Positions 43,891 to 56,748 of a stretch of 64,000 nt of DNA are shown in pieces (the first letter of the stretch is position 1; the number at the start of each line of letters is the position of its first letter). The position numbers and the translations under genes were made by a program. The stretch is from Eledone cirrhosa. Taxonomy: Eukaryota. The DNA lies in the NCBI GenBank assembly GCA_964016885.1, contig OZ024743.1, positions 91,760,001 through 91,824,000 on the forward strand, read 5' to 3'. The notes below the pieces were generated by a model. The model did not search any database, was not told where the DNA came from, and saw nothing but the letters and a program-made list of their open reading frames with translations.

Positions 43891-44239
43891 TATATAATAA
43901 CTTGTGTGTTACACCTCTATTCTTTTAACTATATATATATATATATAGTAAAAGAGTCAGGGGTCCTGACTCTTTTCCTATTACCCACTCTACTACCCTC
44001 AGTATCGAGTACTCTGGTGCGTATTGTCCACCTGGTTCCTTATCACACTTTCTTTGTTATATATGTGTGTGTGGGGGTGGGTGGGTGCTGGGTTTAATCA
44101 GGGTTAACCATAGTTAGTAAGGCACTCAATATATTAGTAGAGTGTAAACACCAAGACAGGCTTTCGTGATGATTTCTTTTGAATTAAACAGTTCTAGTCC
44201 TGTAGAAGCTATTTCTATATTAAACTTTATATATATACG

Positions 44240-45210
44240 TGTGTGTGACTGTGCGTAAACTTAAAATGTTTCTGCTCTCACCCTCTAATACTGTTCCAAT
44301 CAACAAAAACATGGGGTGTGAAAACTTTCAGCTCAATCGGACAACTGTTAGGCGACCCTCAAACGCCTTGAAGTTGGAACATAGTATACGTAACGATTAA
44401 TTCTGTTCAAACGCGGTATACTGTTCCCTATCTCGACCATTTTCTTTTTTTCTTCTTAGAGAAATTTATTTGGACACATCCAGACAACCCCAGCAAATGT
44501 TTAAAAACGTTCTGAATCAAATTTACCAATAATTAATTTGAAAAGTTCCTGAAATAACATGAAAAACTTAAGAAATATTAGGTTCTTAATAAAGCACACA
44601 ATTTCTATAAGCGAAACGCATTTTTATTTACAACAATAATTTCTATAGAATCAAAAACATAATGTGAACACTGAACACTGTGTATTGAACATTATTTTTG
44701 CTTAAGAGTTACGGCCCTTTATGGTCTGAGTTCAAATCCCACTGAGGTTAAGTTTGTCTTTCATCCTTACGGGGTCGATAAAATAAAGTACCAGAGGGAT
44801 AATTGCTGGCCTTGTGCCAAAAGTAGAAACAATTATTTTTGCTTAAGAGAGGATTTAGTGGCAGTTGGGTATGTTTTAAGGTTTTCGGTAACCATCTGTA
44901 AAACAAATTGTTTCTCAGTTTTATCTTTGGTGAGACTATTATTGTAATCCTGGATGAGTTTGACACCTCTTTCTGCAACTGTATTCTTAAGTTTTTCAAG
45001 CCCACTTTTGTAACTAGGATTATCCCCCCATGTTAAAGGATCTTTGTCGAGGAAATCGGTGCTGATAGAAAATCTCGTAAAGAAAGTTTTTGTACCAGGA
45101 GTTACAAAAGACGAAAACTCGATGTTTGTAAAGGAATGTACCTCTTCAGTTGATTTTTTTCTTCTTCCTCTTCTTCACCTTTGTCTGCTTCCAGCATAAC
45201 TTGAGCAATT
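44240..45210 (-). mobile_element. hATm-like DNA transposon 3' relic
   Basis: Minus strand reads FLDKDPLTW..NTVAERGVKLIQDYNNSLTKD..QFVLQMV; 44290-44360 is homologous to MITE 46310-46390. Confidence 0.65.
44709..44831 (+). mobile_element. 5'-truncated family 1 SINE with 18-bp TSD
   Basis: ATTATTTTTGCTTAAGAG at 44691-44708 and 44832-44849. Confidence 0.88.
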
Positions 45211-45224
45211 TACCTTAACCTCTC

Positions 45225-45625
45225 CCTGCTCTCCTTTTCCCATTGCTCTCCTTCCTCTCATTTTCTCATTGCTCTCCTTTTATCCTTGCTCTCCTTCCTC
45301 GCCTTTTCTCCTTCCTCTCCTTGCTCTCCTTCCTCTCCTTTTATCCTTGCTCTTCTTGCTATCCATTTCTCCTTACTCTCCTTTTCTCATTGCTTTGCTT
45401 CCTCATCTTCCTCTCCTTTTATCCTTGCACTTCTTTTTCCATTGCTCTCCTTTTCTCATTGCTCTCTTTGCTCTCTCTTTCTCCTTGCTCTCCCTTTATC
45501 CTTACTCTCTTTTTCTCATTTCTCTCCTTGCTCTCCTTTTCTCATTGCTCTCCTTGCTCTCCTTTTCTCATTGTTCTCTCTTTTCCTTACTCTCCTTTTC
45601 TCCTTGCTCTCCCTTTCTCCTTGTA
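45225..45625. repeat. Degenerate polypyrimidine minisatellite (TTGCTCTCCTTTTCTC-like)
   Basis: Direct inspection. Confidence 0.85.
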
Positions 45626-45830
45626 TCTATGTACTTGTTTATATACAAATACAATGAGAAAATAAGGAGAGTATATACATACATACATTTATATATATGT
45701 ATATATGTATATACATATATACATACATATATATATATATATAGTAATAATAATAAATTTGAAGACTAAAATCCAAAGAGGGCTCGATAAGGATAAATAT
45801 ATATCAAATATATAAGAACCGTAGAGCAAA

Positions 45831-45933
45831 TATTTATTAAAATAACAGATTAAAGTTTAAGCAAAGAGTTTCAGAAGATCCCGTTAAGGGTGAAAGCAGC
45901 GATTCTTTGCTTAAACTTTAATCTGTTATTTTA

Positions 45934-45940
<7 letters not shown>
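45831..45940. repeat. Short inverted repeat of the family Y terminus beside (TA)n
   Basis: Arms of about 37 bp: TATTTATTAAAATAACAGATTAAAGTTTAAGCAAAGA and its reverse complement. Confidence 0.85.
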
Positions 45941-45979
<39 letters not shown>

Positions 45980-46036
45980 CTCAATACCGAGTACACATTT
46001 CTCTCAGCTGTCAACAACGTACGGATATATGTATAT

Positions 46037-46438
46037 TAGGGTGGCCCTTAGCAATAGGTAATTTTCCGAAAGTTAAAATGTTGCTGCTCCCACAGCGAAA
46101 AATAAGTGTTTGCCCTCTACCTGCGTTCTGTCCCCAGCTTTGCAAGTTGCCTTCCCCATTATATTTATTGTCACTTATCCTTCTAATACCAAGAATAAGT
46201 CAGAACAAGTTTTTAATTTAAGAGAAAATTATATAAGAGATGAAACATTTTTATCTGAAAAAATGACTTTCCGGGCGAAAACTTCACGGTCGATGCGGGT
46301 CGATGCGGGTCGATGCGGGTCGCCTTGCAGTTGTCCGCTTGAGCTGAAATTTTGCATAGATAGGTTTTATGCTGATTGGAACAATATAGGGGGGTGGGCG
46401 CTAAACTTTTAGAAAGTTAAAAAATAAGGGCCACCCTA
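46037..46438. mobile_element. MITE with 14-bp TIRs, probably hATm-related
   Basis: TAGGGTGGCCCTTA ... TAAGGGCCACCCTA. Confidence 0.8.
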
Positions 46439-46517
<79 letters not shown>

Positions 46518-46524
46518 ATAACAT

Positions 46525-47028
46525 AAACGGAGAAAGCTATTAGCGATACTCCGGCCAATTTCCAACTCACTCAACAAACATTAGGAAATACCGGAGTATA
46601 TTCCCAATTAAACGTTTGGAGTGCTAACTATATTGTATTGTGTGGATAATTGGCTGTATTATTTTATATGAGATATATTAAAGATCTCATTTCCCAAACG
46701 AATCGTTTCATTGTAAGATTTCTACATGGTAGGTGAAATTATACCAAGTTATGTAGAAACTTGTGTAAGAGCAATGGATTCTTATGCAAGTGGGTTCTTA
46801 TAAATCTTCAGTGGGTGCCCAATAATATTAATATTAATAACTAAATCAACATCAATATTTAGAGATAATCTCCATCAATGCTAGAAGGAGCTGTTAGGTT
46901 GTAAGTCCAGCAGTTCGACAGAAAATCTCACATTGTCCCCAAAATGGGAGGAGGAGGAGGCTACCGTGAAAAATAATACACACCCAGGTCATTGAACTCT
47001 GACAAGAATTCAAGCCTCGTGCGGTGGG

Positions 47029-47030
<2 letters not shown>
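46525..47030 (-). mobile_element. Family Z copy with hammerhead at 46693-46815
   Basis: ccca CTGAAGA tttataaga...tcttacaat GAAA cga-t-tcg TT tggg; (TA)n on both sides. Confidence 0.8.
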
Positions 47031-47081
<51 letters not shown>

Positions 47082-47402
47082 CACACACACGTATATATAC
47101 AAAATAGAAGTAACCGGGACTGCTTAAATGAGTATATAAGTATATAAATTTACACTTTTTTGGGAATATAACATGTAAACATGTCAACTTTCTATAAGTA
47201 TTTCTCTGTAAATTGAAAACATATTGAACACCTTTCACCAGTTTTCAAGCTTAATTTGGCCCTCATCAGAAGGTATGTATGCGATCTCAACAACCACAAG
47301 GGAATAAATAATTGCTTATCGCTTATTGTAGTATCCTTACATGGATGTATTAATTTGCATATTATCAGCGCTGTTGTATGGTAGTTAATTACAATATAAT
47401 TA

Positions 47403-47600
47403 GCAGTGGAGACTTCTAGGACCACCTCCCTACTCACCAACACCGGCACGGAGTTGGTTCCACGCAGGTGTGAGCCTTGCCAGCTGGAATGGCTCTTCCA
47501 GCACACCTTCCTCACCACCCTCCGGGAAAACACCTTCTTCACTATTGTAATCTAATGGGGGTCCACGCGCTGGCTTCTGAACATCGTGGGCACAATGCCC
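47403..47600 (+). mobile_element. CRE-clade-like relic
   Basis: Homologous to the minus strand of 5790-5950. Confidence 0.55.
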
Positions 47601-47639
47601 GAGACTAAGACAAAAAAAGCAACATTTTATTTCATGCCT

Positions 47640-48059
47640 GTTGCCATCAGACCATCAGAATCATCACCACTAAAGGCACTCCACCACCATTAACAACATC
47701 ATAACCACCACTACCACCACCACCACCACAACCACTATCATTAGCAATATCATAATCACAGCTACCACCACCACCAACATCAGCACCACCACCACCAACA
47801 TCACCAACACCACCACTATTAGCGACGTTATAACCACCACAACCCCAGAGCCACCATTACCAACGTTATAACCACAAAATGCCAGCATCACCACCACCAC
47901 CACCACCACCACCACCACCACCACCACCACCACCACCACCACCACCACCACCACCACCATCATTAGCAACGTTATAACCACAAAAAACCACCATCACCAG
48001 CACTACAACCACTAAAGCTTTACCTACTGCTTCTATTACTATTATTACTAAAGCTTTAC

Positions 48060-48132
<73 letters not shown>

Positions 48133-48146
48133 TACTACTACTACTA

Positions 48147-48177
<31 letters not shown>

Positions 48178-48195
48178 CAATACTACTACTACTAG

Positions 48196-48249
<54 letters not shown>

Positions 48250-49590
48250 ATTACTATCGTTACGATTGAAACCACTACCTCAACTATGTAACTCAGCTGT
48301 ACCTTCTACTACTACCACCTCAACCACTACCACCACAACCACTATCACTACCATTAGTACCACCTCAACCATCATCACCACAACTACTATCACCACTAGT
48401 AACAACACTACAAACACTACTACCACTGAAACCACTACCCCAAACATGTACCCCAGCTTTAACTTCAACTACTACCACAACCACTACCATCACCACCACC
48501 ACCCCTATCATCAGTACTACCTCAACCACTACCACCACCACAACTACGATCACCACTGAAACCACTACTATCTTCGTTTTCCTCTGCTCTATCTACACCA
48601 CCATCACCACTAACACCACCACCCTCATCACTAATACCACCACCACCACCACCATCACCACTAACACCACCACCCTCATCACTAATACCACCACCACCAC
48701 CACCATCACCACTAACACCACCACCCTCATCACTAATACCACCACCACCACCACCATCACCACTAACACCACCACCCTCATCACTAATACCACCACCACC
48801 ACCACCATCACCACTAACACCACCACCCTCATCACTAATACCACCACCACCACCACCATCACCACTAACACCACCACCCTCATCACTAATACCACCACCA
48901 CCACCACCATCACCACTAACACCACCACCCTCATCACTAATACCACCACCACCACCACCACCATCACCACTAACACCACTACCCTCATCACTAATACTAT
49001 CACCACCACCACCATCACCATTAACACCACCACCCTCATCACTAATACCACCACCACCACCACCACCATCACCACTAACACCACCACCCTCATCACTAAT
49101 ACCACCACCACTAACACCACCACCCTCATCACTAATACCACCACCACCACCACCATCACCACTAACACCACCACCCTCATCACTAATACCACCACCACCA
49201 CCACCATCACCACTAACACCACCACCCTCATCACTAATACCATCACCACCACCACCATCACCATTAACACCACCACCCTCATCACTAATACCACCACCAC
49301 CACCCTCATCACTAATACCACCACCACCACCACCATTAACACCACCACCACCATCACTAATACTACCACCACCACCACCACCACCAATACCACCAATACC
49401 ACCACCATCACTAATACCACCACCACCACCACCATCACTAATACCACCACCACCACCACCACCACCATCACTAATACCACCACCACCACCCTCATCACTA
49501 ATACCACCACCACCACCACCACCACCACTAATACCACCACCACCACCATCACTAATACCACCACCTCCATCTCTACCACCACTACTCAAT
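47640..49590. repeat. (CAC)/(TAC) arrays including a 51-bp minisatellite (about 48600-49320)
   Basis: Unit CCATCACCACTAACACCACCACCCTCATCACTAATA(CCA)5. Confidence 0.92.
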
Positions 49591-49797
49591 ACTTACGCCT
49601 AGGCAGAGTTGGCTTTAGACCTTGGGGAGACCGGAGCACTTCATGTTTTGGGTGGGGTCCTCATACACCAAAAATAGTATACACAGCAAACCCCCTAAAT
49701 TTTACCTACCAAAGTTAGTTTGGCGCAAGTAATTGGAGTTGTAAAGTTATACATACAGGTGTTCAAACATTCTAACCATCAATCTATATACTACTAA

Positions 49798-49982
49798 GGG
49801 CAGTGGTTTGGCAGTATCGGTAGAGCGTCACACACCATGTTTTGCAGCATAGTTATGGCCCTTTGCGTTCTGAGTTCAAATCCGCTGAGGTTAACTTTGC
49901 CTTTCATCCTTACGAGGTCGATAAAATAAAGTACCTGTGGTGCACTGGGGTATTCGCTGGCCTTATGCCAAAAGTAGAAACT
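49798..49982 (+). mobile_element. Family 1 SINE
   Basis: Head, core and tail. Confidence 0.82.
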
Positions 49983-50313
49983 CTATATACTACTAAAAGT
50001 CTGTGGTTGCTTGCTTGCTTGTCTGTAATGTAATACAGCCAAAAGGGCACATAATGGGAAAATACTGTGAAAGGAAGTTGACCCTGAAATGGGAATACAA
50101 ATGGGATAAAACAAGTTTCGCGTAAATTGGACCACGGGTTCCCGAGATATGGGGTTTTTCTGGGTACCTCCATAAATAAAGAGAGAGGAAGATAGAGAGG
50201 AAGAGATAGTGGTTGTAATAGAGTAGATTGAAAGAGAGACATAGAGTGAGGGAGAGGAGACAGAGAAGGAGAATGTAAGAGAGAGAGAGAGAGAGAGAGA
50301 GCTGCTGGTGTTG

Positions 50314-50376
<63 letters not shown>

Positions 50377-51397
50377 AGTGTGTGTGTATATATATATATA
50401 TGTGTGTGTGTGTGTCTATGACCAGTGTATATATAGATCACAGACACCCACATATATATATATACACACAGATTCATATATATACATAGATATATATGTA
50501 TACACAAACACACATTTATATATATACATACACACACGTATATATATATATGGGCCTTCTAGTTTCATTTCACATTATATACATGTGTGTATATTTTAAT
50601 TATTCAAAAATTATTTTTAAGTGAACATGATATTTAAAAACATATTTTGAAGTGAACGTGACCCAACGGGTCACGGGTGGTCTAGTCCTAATACTAAAAC
50701 GCCCAGCTGAGAGCACAAATAAACTGCTACGGCCGTCGCTAATGGGGCCCCCACTAAATACCCCCCAATTAAACCCGGCCCTGTGCGTAGAGTGTAAATT
50801 TTATTCTCTAAGTAGAAACTGGCAGTGACTTCGAAGTTTCCGCTTGATTTCGTATTCTGGCGGTCAGATGTTTTTAGAAGATTTGAATATTTTAATTTTA
50901 TTTTATGTCAACTATATTTTACAAACACAAGTTATATAGCGATAATAACAAAATTACGTTATGAAAAAAAAGAGAAGGGGTAAAGAAGGGCAGATCTGGC
51001 TGTGTAGAACAGAAAGGACTATAAATGTCATTAATGAGAAGAAAAGGAAGGAAAGAGCAAAGCGTATTATGCAATGGAAGAAAGATAGGGGTAAAGGGAC
51101 TAATGAGGGTGACAGACTCCAGGCCTAATTCGAGGCTGGATTTCGGCAGCGACACTCGCTGCAACAGCCACCCCACCTCACGGGGCTCTTTTCTCAGATG
51201 GGCTGCCGACGTTCGGACTTTACGGAGGAGCTCGGCTGTAATATTTCCACTCTACCAACTAACGCAGAGAGAACAGACGATAACCACGGCTAAAATCACG
51301 GCTCTACATTTAAACGAATTAATACTATTAAATAACAAATTTACACCCACTGTCATCATCACCACCACCACCATCACTAACACACCACCATTATCAT

Positions 51398-51520
51398 CTT
51401 CTGAGTTCAAATCCCGCCGAGGTTAACTTTCCCTTTCATCCTGACGGGGTCGATAAAATAAAGTACCAGTAATACACTGGGTAATTTGCTGGCCTTGTGC
51501 CAAAAGTAGAAACAATTATC
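51398..51520 (+). mobile_element. Family 1 SINE, 3' half
   Basis: B-box through tail. Confidence 0.82.
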
Positions 51521-52640
51521 ATCACTAGCACTAGCATCACCATAATGACCGGCACCACCGCCGCCACCAACACCAGTACCATCATAACTACCAGTACAAT
51601 CAGAAGTACAACAACTGACATAACTACATCCACCATCACGATTACCTCTACATCCACCACCAACACAACAACAACCACCACCGCAACTACAACAAACTAC
51701 ACCACCACTTCCACCTTCACAATCACAACTACAACCACAAACACCAACGTCATCTCCAGATAGGAGTATTAACACTAGCAACATTATACAAACACAGCTA
51801 CCACCACAACCACCATCACCACTACCGCCACTATTACCAATACCACTAGCACTACTACCACCACCACCATCACCATTACCACCACAACTACAACTACAAC
51901 CAACCCCACAATCACTTCCGTACCACAACCACAAACACCACTACCACCGCAACCACAGGCACCATGACAAACACAACCACCACCACAGCTACCACCACTA
52001 CAACTACTACAACTAATACCACTACTACAACTTCAACTACTACCACTACTACAATCATTACTGCCACCACCACCACAACTACTACTACCACCACCACTAC
52101 AACTAACACCACCACTACCACCACAACTATTATAGCAACCACCACTACCACCACAACTACTACTACCACCACCACTACAACTACACCACCACTACCACCA
52201 CCGCCACAACTACTACTACCACCACCACCACCACTACCACTACCACCACCTCATCACCACTACAACTAGCACCACCACCACCACAACTACTATAACAACC
52301 ACCACTACCACCACATCTACTACTACTACCACCACCACCACCACTAACACCACCACACCACAACTACTACTACCACAACCACTAAAACTAACACCACCAC
52401 TACAACTAACACCACCACCACAACTACTACCACCACCACAACTACTACTACCACCACCACCACCACAACTACTACTACCACCACCACTAACACCACCATT
52501 AACACCACCACTACAACTAACACCACCACCACAACTAATACCACCACCACTACAGCTACCACCACCACTACAACAAACACCACCACCACTACAACTAACA
52601 CCACCACCACCACTACTACCACTACCACCACTGCTACAAT
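51520..52640. repeat. CAC/TAC/CAA degenerate array
   Basis: Direct inspection. Confidence 0.9.
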
Positions 52641-52805
52641 CATTGAGCGTGTTGTTGAAATTAATGGTGTTTAAACACGCATTAATTTACACTTTGAAGA
52701 ATTGATAAATTTCATGTCTAATCATTTAATGGGGGTTCCGCACTACCTAATTGATTAGACATACATACATACATACATACATACATACATACATACATAC
52801 ATACA

Positions 52806-52838
<33 letters not shown>

Positions 52839-52941
52839 GCATGTATATATATGTATATATAAATATATATTTATAATTATATAAATTTATATATATATAT
52901 ATATATACACATATATATATATATATACATATATGTATGTA

Positions 52942-52974
<33 letters not shown>

Positions 52975-53109
52975 GTAGATAAATCTACCAAGAGTTTACG
53001 GTAGTGTCCAATCCGTATGAAGAACTCAATGCAGTCCGGATATCATGGAAAGAAGAGATGCAATGAAAAATCACTTTCGGTGAAAGATAAACGGAATACA
53101 GAGTCAAGA

Positions 53110-53653
<544 letters not shown>

Positions 53654-53656
53654 GTC

Positions 53657-53694
<38 letters not shown>

Positions 53695-53715
53695 CGTGTG
53701 TATGTATGTATGTAC

Positions 53716-53746
<31 letters not shown>

Positions 53747-53794
53747 ACAAAGCAAAGAGGGATGCAGAAATTCAGTCTTATTAGGTTCACGCTT

Positions 53795-53900
<106 letters not shown>

Positions 53901-53902
53901 TA

Positions 53903-54850
53903 TAAAGTATGTCTATAGAATCATTTGATAATATATATACACCGTTTCCTCTCCCAATTAGCATAATTAACCACACAAACAATCAATTAGACCTGGCTAT
54001 AAGATTAAAAGGCACCTATGAAGAAATAGTAGATAAATAAACGACAGCAATCTCTTCGCGACCAACCGCCATAGAATATTTACCCAACATTTCAACAGCA
54101 CGTGGAAATCGATTAAATATACCGTCAACCATACACAATCAGGTATAAAATTAAAGTTAGAAGAAAAAATGCATATACACATACCAGGATTACGTCCCTA
54201 CCCTAGGGTTACGTTCGCTTTTGGAAATATCCTGTTAAGGATAAAATCTCGAACTTCGAACTCATCAGGAAACAAACTCATTTGGACAAAGGATTTTCTT
54301 AAGTGATCTCCGCCAGAAACGAATTCAAAATGGCTAAGAACTGTGACGTGGCAGTGGTCAAGTCAGAAAGAATGTGATTGGTTGCTTACGGCGAGTGGGC
54401 TGGTTGCTAGAAAGCGCAGTCCAATATTGCCCAAATTTCATCTCAACCTTGTGGGAGATTATTAAATATAAAGATTTACATATATACAAACTAGACAAAG
54501 TCACAGATATATATGTTTTGGAAACCATTCACGATGTGGCTCAATGATGAATTAATAAATTAAATAATCAGAGCAATATACTAGAAAGTATGTCCATAGA
54601 ATCATTTGATAATATATATACACCATTTCCTCTCCCAATTAGCATAATTAACCACACAAAAAAAAAACAATTAGACCAGGCTATAAGATTAAAAGGCACA
54701 TATGAAGAAATAGTAGATAAATAAACGACAGCAATCTCTTCGCGACCAACCGCCATAGAATATTTACCCAACATTTCAACAGCACGTGGAAATCGATTAA
54801 ATATACCGTCAACCATACACAATTAGGTATAAAATTAAAGTTAGAAATAT
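53903..54850 (-). mobile_element. Family X partial tandem (period about 680 bp) with hammerhead at 54194-54273
   Basis: AAAGTATGTC.ATAGAATC at about 53903 and 54585; gtttc CTGATGA gttcg...cgaac GTAA ccctaggg TA gggac (GAAA mutated here, intact in the 13881 copy). Confidence 0.78.
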
Positions 54851-55002
54851 ATACATATAGTATATATGTGTGTGCTTGCGTGTGTGTAAATCTGATTGTT
54901 AACATATGTATATTCATTCAGATATATAGAGAGAGAGAGGGAGAGAGAGGATAGAGAAAAATACAAGGAGAAAGAGTGAGCGATAGATAGATAGATAGAT
55001 AG

Positions 55003-55552
<550 letters not shown>

Positions 55553-55659
55553 TAAAATAAATACATAAAATCTTGTGTAAAACAGTAAAACAATGTACGA
55601 GATAAACAGATATGGAGTAGACAAATAAAATGATAAGTACATATAATAATAATAATAAT

Positions 55660-56429
55660 GATTTCATTTATTAGCTACAAGGGCCGACATGTAAGGGACA
55701 ATACAAATACAGGGACAGTGGGGGTTTACAATAAGGTCGAGTAAAAGTGCACAATGGCAAGACTAATTTAACAATGAAAATATAAAAATATAAAATAAAC
55801 TATGCATAAATATAACAAAATAAATTCCCCGATAGGGAGTGGACGACCCTGGGGTGATTCGGGTACCCCACCAATCCTGAACCACCCTGCGCTTCTAGGG
55901 CACCCAGGGAGAGCACCCCTCGCCTCAAGTTAGTTAGCCTATAGGCGCACGGTCAGAGTCATTCTCGCCACATTCACCCACCTTTTAGCAAATGTACTGG
56001 GGAGCAGCACTTCTCTCTCCACCCTCACCTTCCTTTCCAGGTGAAACTTGAAGAAGTTGATGAGGGATTGGCCGAAGAGAAAAGTGTCTGTCTTTAGTCC
56101 TTTCAACCTGGTCCACCATATAATCTCTTTCGCAACTGCCACCAGACAGAGGAAAATTTCCTGCTCTTCCTGAACTAAGGAAGGCGGTGGATCGATCTTC
56201 ACTATTGACTCGGCCGATAGCCGGATTCGTTCCACACGCGACAGTAGCTGTTCGACATAACTCCACAAGTCAGTAATGCACGGACATTGGACAAGTGCGT
56301 GCAGAACGGTTTCGTCGTTCTGTGTGCATCTTGGACAGGTCCGTCTGACAGCACTTCCGTGCCTGTAGAGTTTATCCCGAACCGGCAGTGCCCCCCGATA
56401 GCACTACCAAGCGAGGGATTTCTGGAAAT

Positions 56430-56431
<2 letters not shown>
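55660..56431 (-). mobile_element. 5'-truncated Tx1-like LINE of a second subfamily, in (AAT)n
   Basis: ORF 55939..56268 is homologous to but diverged from the 56749..57453 protein; different 3' UTR. Confidence 0.88.
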
Positions 56432-56504
<73 letters not shown>

Positions 56505-56748
56505 CTTTCTTTATTAACCACAATGTTTACATAAAGTAGACATTAAGGACAGTACAGAACAATACAGGACGGTACAAATGGGCATTTCTGCGTGTAAAAA
56601 AAACAGAGGATGTAATAAAAAATAACAATGAAAAATTCCCCAATAGGGGGGAGACTTCCGAGGGACATTTGTGGAGAAAGCCCATTAAAAGTCCACAGTG
56701 ACCCTGACCACCAGGGCAAGTGCCCTCTCCCAGTTTTCCACCTTTAAT

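Noticed and set aside
45868-45905. CAGAAGA..GAAA motif in family Y
   Set aside because: Core altered and no UH cleavage site; at best a decayed hammerhead
47225-47277. Minus-strand CTGATGA...GAAA motif
   Set aside because: Stems I and II do not pair convincingly
48522-49589. Gly-rich 355-aa ORF resembling a structural protein
   Set aside because: Trinucleotide-derived minisatellite open in several frames; no signal peptide or splice context
49604-50783. Old hAT MITE with CAGGGCCGG-like ends
   Set aside because: Left TIR is poorly matched and the TSD is only 5/8
53010-53096. tccgt ATGAAGA...GAAA...acgga motif
   Set aside because: C3 is missing and stems II and III are unclear
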